A stretch of DNA of 64,000 nucleotides, taken from contig JAUCBJ010000368.1 of NCBI GenBank assembly GCA_032718475.1, positions 59,861 to 123,860 of the forward strand. The letters are read 5' to 3'. The position numbers and the translations under genes were made by a program. Positions 47,301 through 58,635 of the stretch are shown in pieces. A model generated the notes under the pieces. That model was not told where the DNA came from. It ran no database searches and was given only the letters and a program-made list of their open reading frames with translations. The first letter of the stretch is position 1. Every line of letters begins with the position of its first letter. The stretch comes from Nemertoderma westbladi (taxonomy: Eukaryota > Animalia > Xenacoelomorpha).

Positions 47301-50300
47301 AGGATCTGGAAAAGTGTTTCTGTTTGGTACAGAGATGCGACACTCCAGGGGGTTCGTGTGCGGGTTGTACTAACGTGTTTCCGTTTGGTACAGTGGTAGG
47401 CGTGGCACTCCAAGGTGTTCGTGTGCGGGTTGTACTAACGTGCTTCCATTTGATACAGAACTAGGCGTGGCACTCCAGGGTGTTCGTGTGCGGGTTGTAC
47501 TGACGTGTTCCCGTTTGGTACAGAGGCGTGACACTCCAGGGTGTTCGTGTGCGAGTTGTACTAACGTGTTTCCGTTTGGTAGAGGCGTGACACTCCAGGG
47601 TGTTCGTGTGCGGGTTGCACTAACGTGTTTCCGTTTGGTACAGAGTGCGTGACACTCCAGGGTGTTCGTGTGCGGGTTGTACTAACGTGTTTCCGTTTGG
47701 TACAGGAGGCGTGGCCCTCCAGGGTGTTCGTGTTCGGGTTGTACTAACGTGTTTCCGTTTGGTACAGAGGTAGGCGTGGCACTCCAGGGTGTTCGTGTGC
47801 GAGTTGTACTAACGTGTTTCCGTTTGGTGCAGAGGTAGGCGTGGCACTCCAGGGTATTCGTGTGCGAGGTTGCACTAACGTGTTTCCGTTTGGTACAGAG
47901 GTAGGCGTGGCACTCCAGGGTGTTCGTGTGCGGGTTGTACTAACGTGTTTCCGTTTGGTACAGAGGTAGGCGTGGCACTCCAGGGTATTCGTGTGCGGGT
48001 TGTACTAACGTGTTTCCGTTTGGTCAGAGGTAGGCGTGGCACTCCAGGGTATTCGTGTGCGGGTTGTACTAACGTGTTTCCGTTTGGTGCAGAGGTAGGC
48101 GTGGCACTCCAGGGTATTCGCGTGCGGGTTGTACTAACGTGTTTCCGTTTGGTACAGAGGTAGGCGTGGCACTCCTGGGTGTTCGCGTGCGGGTTGTACT
48201 AACGTGTTTCCGTTTGGTACAGAGTTAGGCGTGGCACTCCTGGGTGTTCGTGTGCGGGTTGTACTAACGTGTTTCCGTTTGGTACAGAGGTAGGCGTGGC
48301 ACTCCAGGGTGTTCGTGTGCGAGTTGTACTAACGTGTTTCCGTTTGGTACAGAGGTAGGCGTGGCACTCCAGGGTATTCGCGTGCGGGTTGTACTAACGT
48401 GTTTCCGTTTGGTACAGAGGTAGGCGTGGCACTCCAGGGTGTTCGCGTGCGGGTTGTACTAACGTGTTTCCGTTTGGTACAGAGGTAGGCGTGGCACTCC
48501 AGGGTGTTCGTGTGCGAGATTGTACTAACGTGTTTCCGTTTGGTACAGAGGTAGGCGTGGCACTCCTGGGTGTTCGTGTGCGGGTTGTACTAACGTGTTT
48601 CCGTTTGGTACAGAGGTAGGCGTGGCACTCCAGGGTGTTCGTGTGCGAGTTGTACTAACGTGTTTCCGTTTGGTACAGAGGTAGGCGTGGCACTCCTGGG
48701 TGTTCGTGTGCGGGTTGTACTAACGTGTTTCCGTTTGGTACAGAGGTAGGCGTGGCACTCCAGGGTGTTCGTGTGCGAGTTGTACTAACGTGTTTCCGTT
48801 TGGTACAGAGGTAGGCGTGGCACTCCTGGGTGTTCGTGTGCGGGTTGTACTAACGTGTTTCCGTTTGGTACAGAGGTAGGCGTGGCACTCCAGGGTGTTC
48901 GTGTGCGAGTTGTACTAACGTGTTTCCGTTTGGTACAGAGGTAGGCGTGGCACTCCAGGGTATTCGTGTGCAGGTTGTACTAACGTGTTTCCGTTTGGTA
49001 CAGAGGTAGGCGTGGCACTCCAGGGTGTTCGTGTGCGAGTTGTACTAACGTGTTTCCGTTTGGTACAGAGGTAGGCGTGGCACTCCAGGGTGTTCGTGTG
49101 CGGATTGTACTAACGTGTTTCCGTTTGGGTACAGAACTAGGCGTGGCACTCCAGGGTTTTCGTGTGCGAGTTGTACTAACGTGTTTCCGTTTGGTACAGA
49201 GGTAGGCGTGGCACTCCAGGGTGTTCGTGTGCGAGTTGTACTAACGTGTTTCCGTTTGGTACAGAGGTAGGCGTGGCACTCCAGGGTGTTCGCGTGCGAG
49301 ATGTACTAACGTGTTTCCGTTTGGTACAGAGGTAGGCGTGGCACTCCAGGGTGTTCGTGTGCGAGTTGTACTAACGTGTTTCCGTTTGGTACAGAGGTAG
49401 GCGTGGCACTCCAGGGTGTCCGTATGGGGGTTGTTTGCGATAAAGGCGAAGACTTTGCTGTGGGCCACGTCGGCAGTGCAATAAGATATCCGGTAGATTG
49501 ATATATCGTCGTATACCGAGTTGGACTCAACGTCGGTAAATAGAAGACCCCTGGGGGACACAAGGAGAGCCCTTCTGTGTAACCGAGGAGCCGCTTTAGA
49601 CTGAAAAACAATTAGAGAATACGTTAAGAGATATGCAGCTAACCAACATAACGGGAGGTTGGATAATATTTACATCAGGCCGAATAAAGTAGCACTTTAT
49701 AGAAAATTAAATTGATCTGTTTCAAGTCTAATGGTTCTACTCATCCGCTATTATTCGATCCATAAATTACCTTCATTATACAAATTTAATTTGTGCGTGT
49801 CAAGTGTCATCCCTCAACTATAGAGACAGGGGGAGAAACTGGGACCTGGGCGAAATAATATCCCGCGTCAATGTTAAATTCTCAATTTATGGAAAGGAAC
49901 AGGTTACAGTGGTACCGTATGTCTTTTTAACCAAAACAATAAACTAAACACAATAGAACAGGTTAGTTTTATTTTTGATAGTAATCAGCTGTTATTTGCG
50001 TCCAATTTCACCTGGAGAGGGATGAATTTTTATTGCGTCTAGTTTCTCCCCCCTATCTGCAACTATATATATATATATATTCCTACTCTACTCCCACCCT
50101 ACTCTGATACAAGCGGCTCCCAACTCCCGATGTGGAATCGGGTTTAACTGACCTGCTGGACGATTTTATTAACGGCGTTAGCTGCCACTGACTCCCCACG
50201 TTCTTCCTCAACAAGAACCATACCCAATTCTTTAACTTGAAACGTAATTCCCTCAATAACTGGTCCCTTGTCTTTCTCCCAGTCCTCCGCTAATTCTGAA

Positions 50301-51379
50301 AGAAAACCACGTAGGTAACTTATTAGAAGTTACAAAGCATTTATCATTGAGTAAACCTAGTTCAGTAGATCGGTAGGTAACTGAATTGTAAATTTAAAAT
50401 TTTCCTCATATACGACATAGCCATAGGGATACTATAATGAAACATATTTTGTTAATAAATGTAGGCCTATATTCAGATATTCTACTAGACCTTAAACATA
50501 ACATTCAAAGAGTCCCCATCAGGCAGGGTTTATTTTCTAAATATGTTAGTGAAATTTATAAATAAAATAGTGATTTCTAAATTTGTTATACTTTTTTAGA
50601 AATATTTCTAAAACTAAAACTTGAAAATAACAAATTTAAAAGTATAAATTTTACTTTAGAGATTGAAATAAAAACAACCTATAAATTATAATTTAACATT
50701 CAGACATCAGACATATTTAATTTTTGTTTGTTTGTTCATTCAACAAAATCGAACCCTTGAATCTCTAAATCTGATTCATCTCCATCAGCTCCACCAACTT
50801 CATTGTGGTATTGTTTCTACGTAGATCTACATAGAATGTATACAATCATTACAATCTAGGCCTCTAGGGGTGTATTTCTGATATTCCCGTAATTTAAAGT
50901 CTTTTAGAGCACTTTTCAAGGAAACATATGAAAAATAATGGATGAGGTTGATTAGTTACAGTTAGCAGAGGGTGAGTCGGTCATAGTAGAAAGGGTCCAA
51001 GTGCGACTGGAATCCTACCGGGAACCTTAGGCATTCAATTCAACACGGCCTAGGTGAATGAAAATGGCTATTTATAATAAAAATGCATCGACATGCGCCT
51101 AAATAATAAATGAAGGGGATTTTTTTTATTTAGAAAACCGTTTAAGTTCTATATTTCAGTATTTATTTATTATTGCAGTATTAATTTGGTTTCCTAAACA
51201 AAATTTAGATTTTCTAAATTTTTTCAGACCGTTTAGAAACTTTTCACAGTTAACATTTTGAAGAAACATCTTTGCCATCAGGGTCACCGAACAAACAGCT
51301 GAACAGGGCAATCCCTCCAGCTCCAGTCAGTCAGTAACTCACTTTTATGTTTTCCAATGGTTAACACTCTCCTCATCAT
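41307..51379 (-). CDS. LDLRAP1: LDL receptor adaptor protein 1 / ARH (PTB-domain endocytic adaptor), 7 coding exons: 51343-51379, 50153-50295, 49376-49600, 46753-46952, 44419-44528, 41907-42180, 41307-41544 (408 aa)
   Basis: All junctions are GT-AG with consistent phases. Translation KHKKLAEDW..EGITFQVKELGMVLVEEERGE..VSPRGLLFTD..ISIYRISYCTADVAHSKVFAFIA..LECHAYLCTKRKH|AEAVCLSVAQAFNIAFDLW matches the ARH PTB domain. DDLEKRFSELARTRANP matches the ARH AP-2 beta-appendage motif. Confidence 0.93.
42371..44329 (-). mobile_element. 5'-truncated RTE-clade LINE in LDLRAP1 intron 5 (frameshifted)
   Basis: NYRGICLL, FVDFKKAFDS, GVLQGDTLAPLLF, FADDIALL and RLRFSGH motifs, a (TAG)n tail, and a 12-bp TSD ATCGCTGGGATA (42359-42370, 44330-44341). 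Confidence 0.93.
44611..46780 (-). repeat. 44-bp (and 29-bp variant) tandem array made of the LDLRAP1 exon-4 end plus its splice donor
   Basis: Minus-strand unit ACCCCAAGGACATACCTAGTTGTACCAG|GTTGGTTTACATGTCA. The first copy is the real exon end. About 40 copies, interrupted at 45128-45554. Confidence 0.93.
45128..45554 (-). mobile_element. 3' end of a CRE-like (RLE-type) non-LTR retrotransposon inserted into the 44-bp array
   Basis: KRLAVKLSDKRQVSYPECVSWIRWRISFSLLRSSLMCLRGYRS resembles the conserved C-terminus of such elements. A stop at 45310 is followed by AATAAA and an A8 tail on the minus strand. Confidence 0.65.
47313..49434 (-). repeat. 65-bp tandem array made of the last 59 nt of LDLRAP1 exon 3 plus the GTTAGT donor
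   Basis: Donors at 49375 and 49310 are 65 bp apart. About 33 copies, near-identical next to the exon and shorter or degenerate at the distal end. Confidence 0.95.
49826..50057. mobile_element. MITE in LDLRAP1 intron 2
   Basis: TIRs GACAGGGGGAGAAACTGGGAC / GTCTAGTTTCTCCCCCTATC. The internal segment is similar (inverted) to that of the MITE at 39337. Confidence 0.6.
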
Positions 51380-51934
51380 CTTTCACGTTTATGTTGGGTC
51401 GCTTACAGGGACCGGCGAGTGACAATGCAGCTCTGTTGTTGGTGGCGTTGAGTAACGTAAACCTTTAGGCCTATCGATGGCAGAGTGGTAGTCCAGTCGT
51501 TTTACGCTTCGGAAATATGCAAAACACTTTAATTTCTGAATTTCGGATACCAGTACCGTTACTAACGAAAACGCAACCAATTATTAGTGAATACCGGAGC
51601 TAAAATGTTTGAAACGTCTGGGTCGTGACTGAAATGGGCAAGCTTTTTAGAGACTCCTACACATTATAAATTTCTATCGAATTTACTGTGCTTATTTAGC
51701 GTTACTTATGTCAGACTAACATGTTAATAGAGAAAGTTTCAAATGAAATTAACAGTATGGCAATATAGTATCATTAGAGAATATGACAATCAATTAACCA
51801 GCGTAACGGTCGTGACATAGTTTCGTAACGGTTGTGACATTATCGATTTTTACACAAATCTGAATTTCAAAAAATGGCAAGGTATTAGGGTTAGGTATTG
51901 ATATCGTTTTCAGGCAGGTTTTCTTGCACGCTGA

Positions 51935-52720
51935 TTTTAATGAAAGGCTTTTTACATTCCACAATTGAAAACATCTACCTTTTTAGTGCTAAAATGAAAA
52001 GTGCAAGTGACCTGACCAGCATTTTTCAAATTATGAAAACAACTAGAATTGTAGGAATGATGTTTATTTCAATTACATACAGATTTTCTGGTACGCCAAT
52101 TTCAATGGAAGGCTTTTTTACTTCCGCAGTTGAACACACCGAACCATTTTTGGCGCTAAAATGAAAAGTGCAAGTAACCAGCATTTTTCAAATTTGTGAA
52201 AACAACAAGAATTGTAGGAATGGTGTTTATTTCAATTACATACAGGTTTTCTGGTAGGCCCTACACGAATTTAAATGGAAGGCTTTTTTACTTCCGCAGT
52301 TGAACACACCGAACCATTTTTGGTGCTAAAATGAAAGGTGCAAGTAACCAGCATTTTTCAAATTTGTGAAAACAACAAGAATTGTAGGAATGGTGTTTAT
52401 TTCAATTACATACAGATTTTCTGGCATACCGATTTCAATGGAAGGCTTTTTAAATTCCGCAGTTGAAAACACCTACCATTTTTGGTGCTAAAATGAAAAG
52501 TGCAAGTTACCAGCATTTTTCAAATTAGTGAAAACAACAAGAATTGTTGGAATGGTGTTTATTTCAATTACATACAGGTTTTCTGGTAAGCTGATTTCAA
52601 TGGAAGGCTTTTTAAATTCCGCAGTTGAATACACGGAATACACCTAGGCCTACCATGCCAGCATACAGCCATGTTCGGTGCTAAAATGAAAAGTGCAAGA
52701 GTAAATAAACATAATTTTTC
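51935..52720. repeat. About 165-bp tandem repeat, roughly 4.7 copies
   Basis: AATGGAAGGCTTTTT...GCTAAAATGAAAAGTGCAAG...TTCAATTACATACAG recurs at about 51939, 52104, 52274, 52437 and 52599. Confidence 0.85.
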
Positions 52721-54645
52721 AAATTTTGTAGATTATATGTAAGCAGCCATACGTTGTACTGTTGTTCTATGTCAGTACCGGTATGTCTGTATGTAATACC
52801 GGTAGGCCTATTGTATGCTGATATTTTGGTTATTACAGTATTATGTGTACACCTCTGATTACAGTATAAATATAATTACATCCTACCGGTATCATAAATT
52901 ATAGGCCTACAAATTAATTTATAGCTTATAGGCTATTGTATAATAATGTAATAATGATTCATAAGGTTTGTGTCACAACCGTTACGGCCACAAGTGTGAA
53001 GTGTTATTATGGCACTATACTGCTATATATACATATAGGGCCTAGTCAAGTTCAGAAGTTAAACTATATGACTCAAAAAATTGATACGAACCAGCCAATG
53101 ACTGAATGATAGATATGAAAGATTATAAACATTACTGTCGGGGATCTGGAGATATTGGAAAAACAGAAAAACGTGCTCTTCAGCGTAACGGTCGTGACAT
53201 TTTCCATCCACTCATTACACTGTTACACATTACAATGCTATTAGAAAAATATTTATTAGTTGTACATTATTTAACCGACATGGCTAATTACTACATAGAT
53301 ATAAGATTCTGAAAAACATATGGCTGTATGGCATTGTCAGTTTGGTAATGATCATGGAATTTTAGTTTGTATGAAATTATGCCAAAAATATTGAATTTTT
53401 GGCATTTTTCAAATCACATTTTGCGGACACTGTAAAAAAAAATTGGCGAGGGATGATAGGGCCTATGAAACATTTGAAAACAGTTTTATGACAGTAGGCA
53501 GGTAGGCCTATGAACTATGAAGCACAATATGTGTGCTACTGCTGTACTGCTACACACTCAAAACAAAAGAAATGAATTTCTAAGTACTTTAATTTTTCAC
53601 CAAAAGGTTTACTTTTGCTTGGAATGGCTGAGTACCGGTCAGTCGGTGAGAAGTCAAAAATTGGACTTGAGTCCAAAATTGGACTTCGACTCCAGTTCAA
53701 GTCCAAAATTGGACTTCTGTGAGTCCAATATTGGACTTCAAATCAGCCAATTGTTCCAGGGCCTTGGGTAATTGGATCGGGCGGGATTTTTTTTCTTTAA
53801 TCGAAAATATATCAAAAAATAAGAGTTTTGAACAGGGGGACCTGAAATTCACCAGGGGGAACTTTTTTTATAAGGCTTTGAATTTTTACAAAAGTCCAAT
53901 ATTGGACTTTAAGTCCAATTTTGGACGTGACATTGAGAATCGAACTTAAAGGTACATGAAGCATGACAGATGAGAGACAGCCAGACAGCTGTTAAGTTAT
54001 GGAAAGTTACCTTTGCAGCTCTGTATGTATCTTCAGTGTAATGACTGTACTGTACTTAGAATATAATGGTACATTCTAGCATTCTAGGTACTTTGTACTT
54101 TACTTTTAGCATATTGTTTAGTTTACAATTTACATTCATGTTATGTCTAACCTTACAGCCTTATGTACCCAGGACTTTATAGTGTCTTTAGGACTAGATT
54201 AGATTATGCTCCAACAAATATTTAATTACAAATTATATTTGGTGGATACTGGTAACAATGCCAGGTTAGCCAACTGCAGCTGCTGCTAAGGCTAACTACA
54301 GTACAAGCTACGATTTCGTCTAAGGCTATGGGAGCCCTATCAGAAAGAAATACTACAAGTTGATGCTACCACCATCTCTTCTAATTTTTCCATACAACAG
54401 GAAGGGTATTATAAAACGGCTGGATAACAGGATAATGAAATGGGATTAGTAACTGATTAACGTGTTGGGGTCTCCACATAATAAGTACAGAAGTAACAAG
54501 TAACACACGTCATAATCATAAACCAATTGAGGGAAAGGAACAGGTTACAGATGCAGGCTTTTCTAACTTCACTTCACAACTTCTAACTTCACAACTAAAG
54601 TCACTTTTGACTTTACCAATTGAAGGAGCCCTATAACCTCACCAC

Positions 54646-55050
54646 ATACTACTACTACAATCGGCATGATTCATTGCAACTGCATTATATATATAGGCCC
54701 TATTATGTATTAAGAATGCTGTGCCGGCTTGTTGACAAAAGTGCGCCTCCACAACTCCCTTACACTCTTACAGCCTTATCACCCATGACATTTGCTAGAT
54801 CATCCGCATCTTTAAGGCCAGTGTCCTTTAAGACAGTAAGAAAGATGCGTCTCAAGAAAGTTATGGGCTGTCCACCATGCTTATTCACTCCATGAGGTGC
54901 ACTGGCTGGTCCTCACGGCTTAAAGCGATGTCCTGCAAAGCGGAGGCGGCTTTGTTCTAGTGTCAAGCTTGGGGGAACCAATGACTGAATGAGACACCTC
55001 CAACTCCAATGTTATATAGTGTTTGGTTGGAGATGCAGAGATGTGTGCAT
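54646..55050 (-). mobile_element. Degenerate 3' end of an RTE-like LINE
   Basis: SRLRFAGH and LKDTGLKDADDLANVMGDK resemble the RTE C-terminus at 42401-42620. A (TAG)n-type tail lies near 54646-54658. Confidence 0.55.
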
Positions 55051-55467
55051 TGTACTTGACACAGTGAACCTAATCTAAACAATTAGTCAATAAACATTAA
55101 CTCAATAACATAATAGGTTACAGTTTACAGTAGTCTTATTTTTGCCATACGAAAATACCACAGGCGACAGGTATGGCAGTATGGGTATGAATGAACTATA
55201 CAGCTATAACTCCACTACGCTACCGCGGTATACACCGCTAAGGCAGTAAGGCTACCGCAAAGCTATACCACTACCGCAAAAAGTAACTACTGATGTCTGA
55301 CTGTACGTGTGCGATCCCTGTTTATAATACATATAATAATTAATTTGATCATTAAAATAATGTTGCATTGTAATTATGTAATATATATGTACTGATACGG
55401 GATGCAGTTTTGATTTAAATACCGATATACAGTATGGCAGCATGGGTACACTTGGAGTTGTACTAAA

Positions 55468-57360
55468 CAGTAGGGAACACATGCCCAAACAGGCAGCGCA
55501 GACTTTGCAAAATGCACTGCCATATTAGGCAGTTTTAGCCTAAATTTCTGATAAAATGTCAATTTTTATTAACTTCCTGCTCGAAGGGCCCCTTTTTTAT
55601 TTCATGGGATGAAAATATAGTATGTATTGCAAGGTAAATAGAAAATTTGGTAGACTTTCACAGTTGGGTTTTAGAGACATCAGACTTTTAAAATTTCTAG
55701 TCAAAAGCATGCACTGCCCAAAATAGCAGTGTTCTGCTTAATATAGCAGCATACTGTTTGAACTAGCAGTGCAATGCTTAAAATGGCAGTGCAAAATCAG
55801 AAAATGCATTCAGCATTACATACAATTCAGCAATTCTGATGGAAACAATATATATATATATATAAATAAAAAATAACCAATATTCAACAGATTTTATAAA
55901 TCAATTTTTCACAGTTTGAAACAGTTGGAAAAAGAAAGACCCGATCATTTTTCTCCTGAATTTGTAAATATTATATCTGTATATGGTATGTTGGTTTGTA
56001 TTGCATTCTCTATATCCGTTACTATTGTAGAATGTATGACTTTGTATGTGTGTTAATCTGTGTTTGTTTTACTCTACATGTTTTACTATTAACGTTTATT
56101 CTATCCAGCCACTCACAGCCAGCCTATTGTACTTGTACACAAAAACATTAGTATCAAATTTTGCTTTGAAAAAATATACTGTTGCAACATGTGTTTGTTA
56201 GAATATATTATCTTAATCTTTATTATTATTTTATATTTATGTTGGTTTTACTCATTGCTCACTCTATCTATATTTTACGTTTTCCATCTACTGTAAAACC
56301 AACATAATACTGTATCAATTTACAATTAATTGATTTATATCAATTTTAGATTACTGGTCAGCCGGTAAGTCATACTGTATCAAAATACTAGTTTATCTAA
56401 ATTTAGACTATTTTTAAGTATCTAAATTGAATTTAATTATTTCTTACTAATGATCTGCTGATGACTTCTTATACAGTAATTTGTATTTTGTTAACAAAAA
56501 ATAATGCCTTATCAGTTAATCCTTAAACAGTGCCTTATAAGAAATTTCTCTCTACACCCATAAATTATTAAACAATAAATTTATCAAGGGGAGGTAAATT
56601 TCTGTACAGACCCCTTAAAGATATGACAGTTTTAAATATGATATATATTAGGCCTAATGATTTTATTACTAAATATTTACTAACAATAATTATCAGTTAC
56701 CATTTCAATCAGTCAATAAACATAAATTTTATCATTAGCGAACTGTAACTTTTAATATTAACAAACTATAGGCCTATATTGTATATATTGCATATTGTTA
56801 TAATGGCCACATATATATTAATATTTTATACAGTATAATAAATATATTAATAAATTACCTGTCAGTGACTGTGTAAATTGTTAAACAGTTAACTGAATAA
56901 CTAACAAAAATAAAATATATAAATTGCTTTCAAAAGGATAGTCTTATATACTGTAGATAGATAGGCTGTTTAGCAGATACAGTACAGACAGAGATAGATA
57001 AACTCTGAAGGACTAAAGGATGCCTGGCATTGCCAGGCTCTCCAGCTCTCCTACAGTCAGGCAGAAGGAATTAATTCAATACCATAACTGCCATTTTAGG
57101 CAGTGCATGTTTTTGACTTGCAATTTTCAATGTCAAATATCTCCAAAACCCAACCATGAAACTCTTACTACATTTTGTATTTACCTCCAATATATATCAT
57201 ATTTTCATCCAATGAAATAAAAATGGGGCCCTTCCAGCAGGAAGTTGATAAAAATTCACATTTTATCCGAAATTTAGGGTAAAACTGCCTAATATGGCAG
57301 TGCATTTTTCAAAAATGGCAGTGCGTCTGTGCTGCCAATTCGGGCATGTGTTCCCTACTG
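55468..57360. mobile_element. Nested foldback-type TIR element with long imperfect inverted repeats and 5-bp TSD
   Basis: CAGTAGGGAACACATGCCC / GGGCATGTGTTCCCTACTG termini with inverted similarity continuing for more than 150 bp. TSD CTAAA at 55463-55467 and 57361-57365. The core is AT-rich and non-coding. Confidence 0.8.
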
Positions 57361-58635
57361 CTAAAGTCCAATATTGGACTTTGGAGTCCAAAATTGGACT
57401 TGAAGTCTAAAATTGGACTTGAAGTCCAATTTTTGACTTCTCACCGACTGCCGGTACTGACTTTGGCAGACTATGGTTACAGTTACCGGTACACTCCTTC
57501 AAAATTGAAATTGCATTGGTGCGGCGCTCTTCAAAATTGTTTCAATGCAGCAATGCTGCAATGTGCGGCGCTCTTCAAAATTGTTTCAGCAATGTTTTTG
57601 GATGGATTCCATACAGCTGTACAGGGTGTATTCTGTTTCTGTATAGGCTGATAGGGCCTAGGCCTATTACTGTATTACAGTATTATATATCTGTCTCTCT
57701 GTATTTCCGGTACCCGACAGCCAAACTCAGAACGTCTGAACGTGACTGTACTGTGCCGTGCGCCGTGCACGCATCTCATCATCTGCGCATGGTTGATGGT
57801 CAGACAGTCAGATGGACGAAAGGTATTTTTACGCCATTTCTGCATTTCCACATCTCCTGCAGCTGCAGCCCTGCCTGCCGGACTATTAACTACTAACTGA
57901 CTAACTAGCATAGTAGTCAGGCATCAGGCAGTAGGTATGTCTACAACAAACTGACAAAATGCTGAAAGGGTGTGTAGACAGAGACAGAATTAATATTTAG
58001 GCTAGAACTGTAGAAGTAGTACAATAATAGAAAGCACAGTTTGAGTAATTAATTGTAAACATCATGCGATCTTTCCAGCTACCAACCTGAGTAAAAATAT
58101 TGGCCAAGAAAAATGTCACACCACCTTTCTTCCGTCCAATAAGAAACCATTCCGCTGTAGTACAGTAGTATGCAGCAAAGAATGCCACTACAGCACAACA
58201 CACACTATAACAGCAAAGGAGGACAAAATTCGATTGTGATTGGTTATATTAATTCCATTCACTCCACTGGTTTTCCAGTGACGTAACATTGTTCATACTA
58301 TGCTACTAATTAATTGTGGCCCGCATAACTGCATAAATCAGTATATTGTTGCAGGATATCCCCTAAAGAATTAAAAAAACAACGGAAATTAAAAAGGGAC
58401 CGCAGATTAAAAATCAACGGTTGAAATTAAAAAGCCACAAGTTTCCTTAAACCGTTAGGCCAGGGATTACGCTTACGCACAAAGTGTGATGACTCAATTC
58501 CAATGCGGCCCCCCAGAAAACTATACACCGTAGAGGAAACTCCAGTACGCATTAGCTACCATTTAACAATGCAAGGCAGAGATGCGCCCTGGCTGGTCCA
58601 TTAAAAAGCATTCGTGCCAAAACGAAAATTGCACT

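Larger units (their letters stand above)
53635..57454. mobile_element. Non-autonomous TIR DNA transposon with palindromic AGTCCAA(A/T)ATTGGACT subterminal repeats
   Basis: CCGG(T)CAGTCGGTGAGAAGTCAAAAATTGGACTT on the left and its reverse complement on the right, each flanked by TA. Confidence 0.75.
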
